A stretch of DNA of 64,000 bases from Tubiluchus corallicola. Lineage: Eukaryota > Animalia > Priapulida. Both the position numbers and the translations under genes were made by a program. Each line of letters begins with the position of its first letter. Within the stretch, counting starts at the first letter, position 1. Under the pieces are notes generated by a model. That model was not told where the DNA came from, did no database searches, and was given only the letters and a program-made list of their open reading frames with translations. This document shows, in pieces, positions 14,995-27,750 of the stretch. The DNA lies in assembly GCA_030141605.1 (NCBI GenBank), contig JAQGDQ010002379.1:186001-250000 (forward strand), written 5' to 3'.

Positions 14995-16624
14995 GTTTTA
15001 TCTTAGTCAGGCAAGTGATTAGTACGCATTCAACAAACGTGGGTGAATGCTAAGTTTGATCCCCTTGTGTTACATAACAGGAAATAAAAGTTTTGCTTAT
15101 GAAATTTTTACAAATTACAGCAGGGTTCCAGAATTGGTCAGCTTCGACTTTAGAGGTCAAACAGATCATTCGGGAGGTCTAAAGTAGGTTTAAAAGAGGG
15201 TCGAAAACTGACATTCGTATAGAAAATAAAAATACATAAAATACTAAGATAAAATATAATTTGTTTATACATTAATGCCTAACTCATATATAATCATAAT
15301 TCATAAGTCTTGATTATCTATTTATTTTATATTCAGTTTGCTAGTACACAATGATATCCATATTATGTTGTTATTATTATGGTAATAATTTATGATTAAT
15401 TGGAACCAAAAGGCAATGGACCGTTATAGTACCAATGTTTCTATATTTGGATAAATTGACTTACATTTTCTTTCCCTTTATCGTGTTCTATTATTTAAAA
15501 GACTCGATGTAATCATCATCAACACTGAAATCTTTTGATATTTGAAATTTTTTTAGTTCATTTTACTTCAAAACTGGGTTGTGGCAACGTTAGATAGAGT
15601 GTCCCGGGCTTCCTAGTTACTTCATTTCCTGTCCTATTCACTTACGTCATTTCCTAGTTACGTCACTTCCTGTCCTACTCACTTACGCCAGATTTCATGA
15701 GGAGGTCGGTGGTTTAAAGAGTTTGGTTTTCTAAACTACAGGCTGCCAGTGAGTTGACTATTTCAAATACATCGCTTTATATGAAGTCAGATGTCATTTG
15801 AAGATCACTGATGACAATTGGATATATTCACAAAATTAGCAGCAAGCTTGTAAAAAATTCTCAAGAATTATGAAAAAAAATTTGGTCTATCATCCAGCAT
15901 GGAAGCAGGCATGCGCTATTTTTCTTGCGCTTGTAGTATTAGTCAGTCCAACACTCGCATTTGTATTAGGATTCATAATGATGAAATTTGAGAAAAGCAA
16001 TATATGTAAAGTACACACAAATGAAACTTTGATGAAAATGCTGATAGGAGTAATATTATATGAAAGTCTAACGTCCGCGAGTCTACTTAGGGACACCCAA
16101 TTGCCCTTGGACAGTTTCATAAAGCAAAATATATCGTTTAACTGCAGGCAGCGGTTTTACGCATTATTAACTTTCTCCTCCTTCTCTGCTTTCTCCTCTT
16201 CTTCTGTGTCTCTTTTAAGGGCGTATAAACATAGTCAAACTCCAAGTGTTCAGCAGAACTCGGGAAACTTTTGATTGGCCCCTAAAGTGGTATTTTTGTA
16301 CGGTAATTTAGTTATTTGCTCAAAATATACAGAAAAATTTACGCACGAAAAGAACATACGTACAAAACATATTCTGTATCTAAGTCAACATTTTTATTAC
16401 GCTAGGTCTAACAACAGACAGCGAGTGCAAGTCTCCCCTTGGTGCTGCGGGCTGCCGTATCGGCTTTTAGTTATCCATATGCAACGGAATATTTTTCTGT
16501 TTCAAGACAAGTTTATACAGTTTCAAGACAAACTTTTATTGCTTGGAAACAGTTTGTACTTTGGAAGTTTAGAAGTGGGACTTTGCTTGCTTTGTTAAAT
16601 TTAAGTTTGTTCTGAAATTAAATG

Positions 16625-16853
16625 TTTGTAGTGGATTAGCGTGCCCTCGTAAGACAAGGACAACATTTATTTGCTGTCGCTTGTTTAATAGACAACACTT
16701 GCACTAACAGTTATTTAGCGGCTTATACTTAAAACAATATGGATAAGGACACTTAAACACGAATATGTAGGGTATGTGCCCTGACATTGGTAGCCGGTAG
16801 TCTCGAACTCAAGACTGCATGTCCGAAATCTAGACCAGTCGGCCAACCAACCC
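16625..16853 (-). mobile_element. tRNA-derived SINE (degenerate)
   Basis: Minus strand TGGCCGACTGGTCTAG (A-box-like) ... GAGTTCGAGACT (B-box-like); the 3' boundary is approximate. Confidence 0.5.
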
Positions 16854-17394
16854 AAGACAATGCTGCTACGTCAATTATTACTTCGGGTCTTCCTTAAATT
16901 TTTTCCAACTTCTAATTTCTGAACACTCCGTTCAAGACTAGAATAATCTCCTCTCGATAAGAAGTTGACCAACAAGCACTTTCCACGATTTTTCGGGCGC
17001 CATAATTCAGTAAGCTCGCAAGACCATAAAAAACTTTTAGCGTCAAGTTTCAGCTTCTGTTTGCAAACAATATTATTTCTGAAAAATTGTATTCATCTTA
17101 TTTAATCTTGCATAATCCTCGACAAATTTCGTTGAGCCACTTCATAAAATAATCCTTGCTAAATCCGCCGATATTCTTTCACGGCGATCAACAGCAATCT
17201 TTCTGTCGTCATTAGTGGGTTCTTACTGCACAATAACTTTTTCATAGCGGATTATCAGAATGAATGTGATTGGAGCTTCCTCTGATTAGCAAAGGGAAGT
17301 CTTCCATTCTTTATGAGTGTTTGTTGTCGTGCAATCATTGACTACTGCAGAGATTATGCAAAGAAAACTTAGCCTGGTGGATAAGAGTAGAATT

Positions 17395-17770
17395 TATCAT
17401 CATCATCATCATCATCATCTACATCATCATCATCATCATCACCATCACCATCATCATCATCATCATCACCATCATTGTCATCGTCACCATCGTCGTCGTC
17501 ATCGTCGTTTTCATCATCATCATCAACAACATCACCATCATCATTACATCGTCGTCGTCATCGTCGTTTTCATTATCATTATCATTGTCGTCGTCGTCGT
17601 CATCATCATCATCATCCTCATCACCATTATCGTCATGATCATGATCATGATGATGATCATCATCACCATCATTGTCATCGTCATCATCGTCGTCGTCATC
17701 GTCGTTTTCATCATCATCATCGTCATCATCATCATCATCAACATCACCATCACCATTACATCGTCATCGT
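17395..17770. repeat. (CAT)n/(CGT)n compound microsatellite
   Basis: Direct observation. Confidence 0.93.
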
Positions 17771-19363
17771 TATTTCGCGTCGTCACTATTGTTTTCGTCA
17801 CTTCTCAGAACATTATTCCCCTATAGTTATAATATTGCTATAATACGCAAAACCGTCTTACAACAACTATACCTCCTTCATTCTTTTTTCATCCTTCAAA
17901 CATCAACATCACTCACCAATGTTTTCATCGTCGTCGTCGTCGTCGGTAGCTCATTGTCGATGTCATCTGTTCTTGTTATCATTGCCAGTAACTTTGTCTG
18001 TTTTTAATCTACCCTTTGCTAGTTTGGTTTTGTTTTATGACGCAGATTTGCACGTTTATAGAAATACAATCTAGACGAGCGCATCCCTTCTCATTAAATG
18101 CAACACTTAGAGAGAAATGTGCTGGTAAATTGTTTCTAAACAACCCTAATTGTTGAGTTGAACAAACATTAAAAGCCTTGTAGGTAAAGGCGAAATTACT
18201 TGCATTTGCACAATTATTTTAACATACAAACTACATGTATTTTTACAAGCAAATGAAAAAAAATTGTAATCAAATCTTATCTCTGGCCTTCAGGTGTGAA
18301 AATAAATTGATAAAGTGGGTGTTATGGTGGCCATAAGAACGGAAGAAACGTGATAATGGTAAAGGTACTTTCACATGCATACAGAATGTGCTGCGATGAT
18401 GTCGATCGGGCAGACGATTATTCACTTGTTTCGTTGGAAGTACATTCCGTAAAAATATGAAAGCACCTTTAGTTATTATATAGTCAGAAATTTATTTTAT
18501 CGTAAAAATAAGCTTCGATGAGATTGCTGTATTACAAAGAAAGTTCTTAGAAAACAAAAATATTGCCGCATGAAATAAATGTAATATCGCGCAACAAAAC
18601 AAAGTTGCCAACGAAAGTGTTTTAAATAATTATCTGATAAAAGTAAACAAGTTACTATTGGATGAAGCTTGAAATATTGTCTAAAACAAATACTAGGCAT
18701 CATTTCGAATTTCGAATAATGCTGGAAAAATATGCAGGTCACGACAAGTGATCGTCACAACAGAATGTGCTTTTTCTGTTTTTTTTTCACTGAAAACTCA
18801 ACAGTTATTTTAATTAGAATAAAACGATAATAGTCTTTAAAAACAAATTACCAAAAAGCTCCCTTCGCTTGTAAGCCTATAATTTCTCCAATGGGCTTTC
18901 TTGATTTTTTTCGGTGAATTTTTTCAACCAATCACCATTCTTACTGGGTAATGAGCTTGAGCTCTTACAAATTAGAAAAGTTTCACAAGAGTTCACTGCT
19001 GTACCTGAAGATTATAGTCCCTATACGACGTCCTCATAACATTAATTTTAAATACGTAATTGTTAAATTATTATTTAAAGATAGTCACGTGTGTCTCTTC
19101 TTTCCCATTATTGAACATTATTTTATTATAAACTAACACATTCGTACAATAATTCAATTTTCATTCGTCTTAAATGCAAAATTTGATAATTTTTAATTAC
19201 CTGGTACATGCGCATTAACTAATTAATTATATTAGTAACAATTCTTACCTATGTTAGGGTGCAATGAACAATTCACCTTACAATAAGGCTACAGATGAAT
19301 CTGCCATTGGCTCTATTTTAGTGTTTAAAATGAATGATTACCGTTAGAAGTGTGCATACTTAC

Positions 19364-19634
19364 TTGCAAATAAACTATTGACTAGATTAAAAGGTAAACA
19401 GAAGAGCAACACCAATATGTCCGCCGCCGCAAGGTTAGCAATGAAAAGATTGGTAACGTTCCACATGTGTGGACTTCGAATCACCACAGCTAACACAAAA
19501 CTGTTTCCAACCACTCCCACAATGAACACTATCACGTACGCCATTGTTAGAAACACTATTTCCCAGTTATGGTCCAATTTTAGCTCCGTGCTGTAGGATA
19601 AGTTAGTTCTCGATATATCGGTGGAATTCGACAT
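19364..19634 (-). CDS. SIFaR: First coding exon (N-terminus, TM1, TM2) of a class A neuropeptide GPCR, SIFamide/NPFF receptor-like
   Basis: [13 protein letters not shown]...[59 protein letters not shown] has the GN (TM1) and TN.FI.NLA.AD (TM2) motifs and N-glycosylation sequons NST and NLS. It closely resembles recalled SIFaR TM1-2 (GNSFVIAVV.R.PRMRTVTN.FI.NLA.ADILV..FCLP). Length is 271 nt (90 codons + 1), then a GTAAGT donor (phase 1). An in-frame TGA lies upstream of the ATG. Confidence 0.88.
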
Positions 19635-19747
19635 GTTTTGGAATAATATGGTCGCCAGTAAAAGCAAATTAACGTTCAGCGTCCACTGAAGTATGACTGC
19701 TGCCGCTAGCCACTGGTGATTAATGAAGAGACTGGTCCTTCAGGTCA
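19635..19747 (-). other. 5' UTR portion of the GPCR exon with upstream splice acceptor
   Basis: Minus strand TTCTTTTCTTTTCTTATAG|TGACC: polypyrimidine tract plus AG at 19748-19749, implying further non-coding exon(s) at higher coordinates. Confidence 0.65.
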
Positions 19748-20172
19748 CTATAAGAAAAGAAAAGAACTTCGTAAAGAAGAATTTTGATTTTTTACAGCTT
19801 CCTACTAGATAAAAACTAGGAAAAATATTTATTAATGGTAAATGACATTAACATTATCGCGATTAACATTATCGTTTATTTTCATAAGCAGTTGTGTAAT
19901 GCATCTTATATTATGTACGTATAAATAATGTAATGTACATACCCTCATAACGTTTCTTGTATATATTTCTTGCATATACAATATATATTGTATATATATA
20001 CAGGGCCTAGTATATTTTTCACGGTCATAAACTCTAACCTCACTATCAACAACAATGCAAAAGGTAAAGAACAATGTTGATATCGATCCCTTCCCCAATT
20101 CTACCTAGCCAATCACAAGACAGGTCACGTGACTTTCACAGAAATTATACCTGGTTCTACATTATACATAAT

Positions 20173-20418
20173 GGTAATCCCCCAATTCGCCAGTTATCTT
20201 TTCGCCAGTCTACTTTTTCGTCAGTGCACTTTTTCGCCAGTCTACTTTTTCGCTAGTGCAATTTTTCGCCAGTCTACTTTTTCGCCAGTGCACTTTTTCG
20301 CCAGTCTACTTTTTCGCCAGTGCACTTTTTCGCCAGTCTACTTTTTCACCAGTGCACTTTTTCACCAATTACTTTTTCGCCTGGCGAAAAAAGTAGACTG
20401 GCGAAACGATATACAATC
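20173..20418 (+). mobile_element. Mutator/Foldback-like MITE with internal 16-bp tandem repeats
   Basis: Perfect 9-bp TSD ATACATAAT (20164-20172 and 20419-20427); array of CGCCAGT(CT/GC)ACTTTTT units that flips orientation near 20380 (CTGGCGAAAAAAGTAGACTGGCGAAA). Confidence 0.8.
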
Positions 20419-22071
20419 ATACATAATAAACCCTGTCCTAGTAAAAGTTTTCAACAGAAACAACACTGCACGCGAGTTCTTCAAATGGAAAAAGAACTTT
20501 CTCTTGGAAATTCAACAATCTAAACCACACACGCAGCGCCGCCAAGCGTATCAGACGTGCAAGATTACACCATTTTCCTCTTCAGTGTAAAATCAATAAA
20601 AACTTTTCATCAAAATACTAATCATTAGTAGCTTCTCAAGAATCTGTAATTGAGTTCAATCACTGACTAGTGAAACACGGGATGAATCTAAAGCGGGCAT
20701 TCTTGCTTTTTGGTCATTATCATGAAATCTATCAAACTGTAACGCTTAGCATTTTACATGCTTTATCTATTAGCTCTGACATTCGAAGCATTGCTGACAA
20801 TCGTGTAACCTTACCATAAGAGTCTCAATGGAATTTGAACATGACAAGCAAATGTAAGTTCGCCTGTGTCAAAGACAAAAATCTCAACAGCTACTGCGCA
20901 GACGGAAAGATAACTATTGCGCATTTACTTTTAGATTTTACAATGCCAATGTGTACATGTACATACAGAACAATATGTAATATACAAAGTTTATAAATCA
21001 TCAGCACATGAAGACACAACAAGTCGAAATTGTAAGAAAACTTGTGCAGAGTGAACTTAACAAATGAGTGGACACAAAAAAGATAATTTAAAAAAAGAAA
21101 AAATGGTGATGAAAAAAACACAAAAACGAGAAATTGGGACACAGACATATAAGTTGCCGTCAATATTAACTTTTTTTTGTCATAACTGACTAACTGACGC
21201 ACTACCATCATTATCTTAATCATCGTCGTTGCCACTGCGGTCGTTGTGGTCACTGTTATCGTCAAAATAATTATCATCATCATCATCGTCATGATGCCGC
21301 CGCCGTCGTTGTTGTTGTTGTTGTTGTTGTCGTCGTCGTTATCATCACCACCACCATAACCATCATTTTTCTTTTTGCTTCTCTTCTTTTCACAAATTTC
21401 GTTTTTTGTTTTAGCGTTTCTCTTTTTTAATAGCTAAAAACACGTATCAGCAGCATCTGTATTATATTACTCTGATTTGCTTTGAGTGAATTAAAAACAT
21501 TTGCCTTTGATTAGAGAATCCCCGTTCAAAAGAGGCATAACAAGATTACTAGAGCAATCATAAAGAACGCAACATGGTAATTAACACGGTATTTTTGATT
21601 TGGTTTGTAATCATACCGCTTTATTGCTGAAAAAATAATTAAAACGATGAACGAGTATGAGTCATAAAGTCTAATTACACTCGACGCTTTGAGTGGGTCG
21701 GATACAAGTTCACTTTAGACTTGTCTTTTGTGACGGAACGGAAGTGTACGAGAAAATTAAAATTTAACGCGTTGCATAATAATTATATTATAATTAATTG
21801 AAGGCGTGGTACGTTTGAGTCGATCTAACCACGTGACTGGGTTTAAAATCAATCTAATGTTTCCAATAATATTCTGTTGTTAACTTCCAGCTATAGTGAC
21901 TTTAATTTTCAATGTTTTATGTTGCAAAACATTTTTTGTAAACATTTATTTGAAATAATTGCCTTTAGCAAATAAATGCTGATCAAATTGCTTCAGGCTG
22001 CAAAATTTACAGGAGTGCAGTTTGACAGGAAAAACAAATCTATCACAAAATATACATAACTATTCCAATTG

Positions 22072-22330
22072 TTAATTATGATAATTAAAACGGTTAGATG
22101 AACCAATATATTGCTGCACCAGATCAAATAGAATGATGTTCTGTTCATAACTTAGTAGTGAACTACCTGAAAGAAAAACTGAAGTTTCTAATTGTGGGTT
22201 AAAGTTATTTATATTAAAAGGTAATGTGTTTGTTTGGTATAGGTTTGTTAGTCGTTCTTTGAGGTCCTCTCTACTAGCAACATGCAAAGGGCAATCGAGC
22301 AAAAAATGTTTAATACTTTCAAAACACTTT
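22072..22330 (-). mobile_element. LINE (CR1/L2-type) ORF2 C-terminal zinc-knuckle fragment
   Basis: ESIKHFLLDCPLHVASREDL...FLSGSSLLSYEQNIILFDLVQQYIGSSNRF*; E...H.L..CP motif of non-LTR ORF2. Confidence 0.8.
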
Positions 22331-22862
22331 AAATCTGAAAACAGGCTACCTGTTGAAATTGTAGACATAATTTAAGAGCTAGACACATTTTTTGCTATTG
22401 CTTCTTTTGCTGAAACTGTTGTTGTTACCACAGCTATTGTTGCTGCAGTTGTTACTGTCTTCTAGATGTGGCAACTGATTTTATTGGGGGTCCTACTCAG
22501 CAAATTTTATACCTATAAGGCAAAAATAAGGAACTTCCGTCTAAAAACAGTAACGAATATTCAGACATATCCAAACCCTAAGGTCCGCGCAGACATGTAA
22601 AACTTAAGAAACTGTTGATTAACTATCTGCATAACATTTCAACAATAGTTGATTCTAAATTAAAAGGTACGACTTATTTTGCTAAGAATTAGTGTATTCA
22701 ATTAGCACTGTGAAACATATGTAGATGTGTTTGTCATAAATTATGGTATTTTTTAATATACTGCGCTTAAAAAGAACCCTGTAATTGTAGGGACGTGTTC
22801 CTGTATGCCTTGTTTTTTTAATTGTGTCATTTATTAATTGTACTTGAGCTTATGTTTGTAAA

Positions 22863-22970
<108 letters not shown>

Positions 22971-23837
22971 ATCTTTCATCGCTAAACAACATTTGTATTA
23001 ATATTTCGAGTCTTTTAACTGCATAGATGGCTCCATTCGTTCACTTTTAAGCAGTTTTTGTTATTAAGGTAGCATATCACATTATGGTGCAGCTGCTACA
23101 CCAATTGAGCTTAAATTTTGCATGGATTATATTGTAAAATATGCCCACAGTATAGTAAGAGAAGGCCAAAGATAAGAGTCGTTTCTCTCAGGTAATGCTG
23201 TAACGCTTCTCCACTTGATGTCGAGCTTACGCAGCAGTTCATCAAAACTATTTGAACTCATCCGATAATAACTAAATTACTCGGATGAAGCCAGTAAAAG
23301 TGGTCATAGAGCTTATAAAATCGCCCTTTCACTAATCGCTGACTACCTCTTCAATCTTCATAGCGCCAGTTGCGCAATTTAAAATTGCTTGTCTGGGGGT
23401 GCGATTTTGGTGCACGAGTAAAATTGCTACAATTTTCGGCTGCACAACTTTTAATTGCGCAACTGAAAATTGCACATCTACGCGGGGACTAATAAGCTTG
23501 AAATTTAGTTCAACACGTTTGTTCTTCTCGTTATACAAACGAGAAGTGAGGATCCCGCTGCTAAATGAACTGCCCCAGGCCTGCCCAAGCTCATATAAAG
23601 TAATTGATGAAGAATTTGTTAAATGGCGCACAAAACGGTATAAAAGTAAAAATAGTGCGCGCACATCAATTCATGGTTAATTAAGCGCATAATTTTACAA
23701 GTTTTGCGCAATTATAAGGCAAGATTTTGCCAATTTTAATGTAGCAAATGAAACGACATCGCAATAAACGTACCCAAGATTTTATACATTTCGTAATTAG
23801 AAATAGCAAATGAGTAGTACAAAGAAGCGCCTTTTTT

Positions 23838-24678
23838 ATTGTTGTTGTTGCTGCTGCTGCTACTACTGTTGCTGTTGTTGCTGTTGTTGTTGTTGCTGTT
23901 ACTGCTGTTGCTGCTGTTGTTGTTGTTGCTGTTGTTGTTGTTGTTGTTGCTGTTGCTGTTGCTGCTGCTCTTGTTGTTTTTGTTGTTGCTGCTGTTGTTG
24001 TTGTTGTTGCTGTTGCTGCTGCTGTAGTTGCTGCTACTGCCGTTGCCGCTATTGCTGTTGCTATTCCTGTAGCTGTTGTTGTTGTTTTTGTTGTTGCTGT
24101 TGTTGTTGTCGTTGTCGTTGTCATTGTCATTTTCGTCATTGCCGTTGTTGTTGTTGTCACTGCTGCTGTTGCCATTGCCGCTATTGCTGTAGCTGTTGTT
24201 GTTGTTTTTGTTGTTGCTGTTGTTGTTGTCGTTGTTGTTGTTGTTTTTGTTGTTGCTGTTGTTGTTGTCGTTGTTGTTGTGATTGTCATTGTCGCCATTG
24301 CCGTTGTTGTTGTTGTCACTGCTGCTGCTGCCGTTGCCGCTATTGCTGTTGCTATTCCTGTAGCTGTTGTTGTTGTCGTTGTTGTTGTTATCACTGTCGC
24401 TGTCACTGTTGTTGTTGTTGTTGCTGCTGCTGTTGTTGTTGTCGTTGTTGTTGTGGTTGTTGCTGCTGGTGTTGTCATTGCCGCTATTGCTGTTGCTGTT
24501 CCTGTAGCTGTTGTTGTTGTCGTTGTCGTTGTCGCTGTCGCTGTTGCTGTTATTGTTGTTGTTGTTGTTGTTGTCATCGTAGTTGTTGCTGCTGCACATG
24601 CAGTTACCGCTATTGCTGTTCCTGTTCCTGTAGCTGTTGTTGTTTTTGTTGTTGTCGCTGTCACTGTCGGTGTCGCTG
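23838..24678. repeat. (GTT/GCT)n cryptic triplet array with higher-order units
   Basis: Triplet array with the motif CCGCTATTGCTGT...CCTGTAGCTGTTGTTGTT recurring about five times. Confidence 0.92.
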
Positions 24679-24959
24679 TACACGTTTAGTAGTTTTATTA
24701 CCAGGTGTGGCAATAATGTGTATTTCTAGGACTGACTCTAATAAGAAAGCTGCCGGCGATAAGTTCACGCCATGCTTAAAAGTAATTATTGAGAATTAGC
24801 GACGTTATTTAATTCTTAACTCTCAGTGGATGTTAAAGGTACTGAAATGTTATCCTACAGAGCAAAAAGTAGATCTCGATGCGGTAATTTTCAAATCTCA
24901 GTCAGTAGAAGAAGCTCTTAACTTGAAAGAATTAACATTCTGTATATCGCGTATAATGT

Positions 24960-25000
24960 CGATAACGATAACGATAACGATTACCACAACCATAACCATA

Positions 25001-25035
<35 letters not shown>

Positions 25036-25192
25036 AACGATAACGATAACGATAACAATAACAATAACAATAACAATAACAATCAAAATAGCAATAGCAA
25101 TAGCAATAACGATAACGATAACAATAACGATAACGATACCAATACCGATAACGATAACGATAACAATAACGATAACTAACGATAATGACAAT
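24960..25192. repeat. (GATAAC)/(AATAAC)/(GATGAC) hexamer microsatellite
   Basis: Direct observation. Confidence 0.93.
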
Positions 25193-25729
25193 AAAAAATA
25201 ATAATATGCCAAACAAATACGTACGAGAGAAAGAATCTCTATCTGCATCCAATGAGCATTTCGCATTTACCCATATTTCTTTTGGCAGCACTTAACAACG
25301 CGCCATTAGGCTCTAAAATCGAATACAGTCTTTGTATGAATAAGGATTTCTTTTTTCACTTGATTGAAAAAAACATCGTAAATTTAGTTGTCTTAATAAT
25401 TGCCACTGTAACAGTAACATAGTGAAAAGGCCATATATGACAGGGGTGGTGCCAAGAGCCAGAGTTGAAGACACCGGGGAAACCAAGCGAAGTGCAAGAA
25501 ATATGATTTTGAGAATCTCTGTCTTAGTATAGTGATGCAGTGAATCGGCAGGCTATTTATGTTAAAGGACAAGAAAAGGGGTACCTCCCGTTGAAAGGAT
25601 TTTTTGTTTGTTTCATTTCAAATACTCCCCCCCCCCCCCCCCCGACACTGTACCGATCGCGTCCTCATTACCTGATGTCATATATGCACAACGTAAATCA
25701 GGGGAAGAAAAGTACATGTTAGACTATGT

Positions 25730-26175
25730 CCCAAAAAACTTTCTATGCAAAGCTATGTTACTTAGCATTTCGCTTACCTGCTTAAATGACTTACGTAACT
25801 AGAATAGAAAATATTTAATTATTTAAAATGTTTTCACCAATAGGTAAAATGTCGCTGTCTCACCCTCCAGGGTGCACCACTCACTAACCAAAAAACATAT
25901 TTTTAATCTTATTGACAAGATACAGTAAATTAAAATTTTACTTACTTAGTGACGTGTGCGCTACGAATGCTCAGATTATATTTCCAAATTTTACTCAGTG
26001 TTATCTAAACTTGCCTCAAATGACTTATCGTCAAAATGGCTGCTGCTAACTGTCATCGTGGGAGTTTCAATTTACATGTTTTATACAGCGTTAAGGCCGA
26101 CGCAAACTCTGCATGCAAAAAGACAGTGCGTAAGTGGTATAAATTTTGAAAACGAATTTTTTAAGCTTTATGTAA
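25730..26175 (+). mobile_element. Unclassified dispersed repeat family, copy 2
   Basis: Homologous to 7440-8260 and 31315-31790. Confidence 0.7.
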
Positions 26176-27328
26176 GTGGACGGTATTGTGGAGGGCACAA
26201 GGGTATCCCTTTTTTAGTTTGAGGAAGCTCAAATTTGGCCACCTACTTTGTCACACATGCAAGTTAATATAGAAACTTGTGACAATTTTCAAAAAAAATA
26301 TCAATCTGTACTAAATAGTTATGCACTAATATATATTAAGGTTCATTAATGCTGTAATTGTAGCTTATATACAGCTAGATTGAAATTCTAAAATTATATA
26401 CGGTGTGTGATGAGTATCCCAGTACAATGAGTGGATGGTTGATGAAATGGCTCTTTATGGAGGTTTATATTGTTCTCTTCTCTAACAGCTGGTAACATTT
26501 AGCAATGATACAAATGAGAACATTTGTAAGAACGATACGCTCGTATATAAAATTATTATTTTAAAGAAAATTTTCCGTTTTAGATCAGCTGGCTGCATAT
26601 CGTTCTAAGCAAGTGACTTGTGCTTTAAAATTATTGCTGACTTCGGGAAAAGTCACCAACAAAACACTACAAAATGTCACAGATTATCTGTGCAATGCAC
26701 TAAGTCACAACATTTTAGCTCTGCTTTTGCGCATATGACAACACAGATATCTGCTCACACATACACGCGCTGTCAAGGTGTGTTTGTTTATCGAGCAATT
26801 GTTATAGCAAATAATTTAGACACTACATTATTTAGCGTCCATTAACGTTTGGGCTGCAGTACATAACAGGCCTACGCGTGAATAAGAAAAAACATTTTCC
26901 ATAATGTAGTGTTAGCTTTCTTGTACTAAAGTTCTGCATAATATGGTTCAGCAAAAATAATCAGGTAGCTTAAAATATTAAGAAAAAATTGTAGTCCATC
27001 CAATAGATGCGTTACATAATGTTATTTCACGATTTTATAAATATCAATTTTATGGTCAATTTTAGTTGGTTACAATACGTAATAAACTATCCATCTTTGT
27101 AATAAAGGATTAATTCGACGTTATCGCTTTGTTCTACATACAAAAGTGACAAATAAATTACTTCAGTTTCTCAAGAATCTATAATTACAATTAAAGACTC
27201 GCTAATATCCAGTGAGACGAATAACGAAATTTAAACACAGAAAAAAAAACCAAGATTATTCACAGTTGATTACAAATGTACAAACGTATTAAACATATGA
27301 TAGAGCGTTCACTGCTTCGTTCTTTTAA

Positions 27329-27750
27329 AGGCAAAAAGGATGATTTTTCATATCCTCCCCAATTTTGAAGTTCGGGAAAAAGATACATTTTAACGCTTAT
27401 AATCACGCCAAGGCGTTTCTGATAATGAAATAATAAGCTAAAAACGTAATTAACGGCTGGTGAGCCCAAATAATAATGACATCCACAAGCGTACTGCACG
27501 TATTCGTAAAAAAAAATTGAAGTACACTGCTACTGTACAATAATCAATGTGATTTAAGTTTAAAATTCAAATTTCAAGTTTACATCTGTTCTCATGCATG
27601 AGCTTTCGCATGTGTGCACTATGTCACAACTGAACAACTCTGGACTGAAAGGGACAGCACCTGTTTTTTTTCTGCAACACGTTTTCGAGATGCAGGCGCT
27701 GGTGCCCGTCTAACTAGAGACAGGTAAAATTTAGGTAGTAAAGAACTAGT
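27329..27750 (+). mobile_element. Kolobok-like element, 3'-truncated copy
   Basis: TTAA|AGGCAAAAAGGATGATTTTTCATAT; shares ACAGCACCTGTTTTT..ATGCAGGCGCT.GTGCC core with the other copies. Confidence 0.7.

Noticed and set aside
15870-16598. ORFs with hydrophobic stretches
   Set aside because: No recognisable domain or splice structure, and the two longer ORFs lie on the strand opposite the GPCR.
17317-18007. His-rich, Ile/Val-rich and Ser-rich ORFs
   Set aside because: (CAT)n microsatellite translations.
19344-19667. ORF-track boundaries for the GPCR
   Set aside because: The TTG start and read-through into the intron are artefacts; ATG 19634 and the donor after 19364 are preferred.
23681-24799. 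Mucin-like, Asn-rich and Cys-rich 325-aa ORFs
   Set aside because: The triplet array is open in multiple frames on both strands and has no unique domain.
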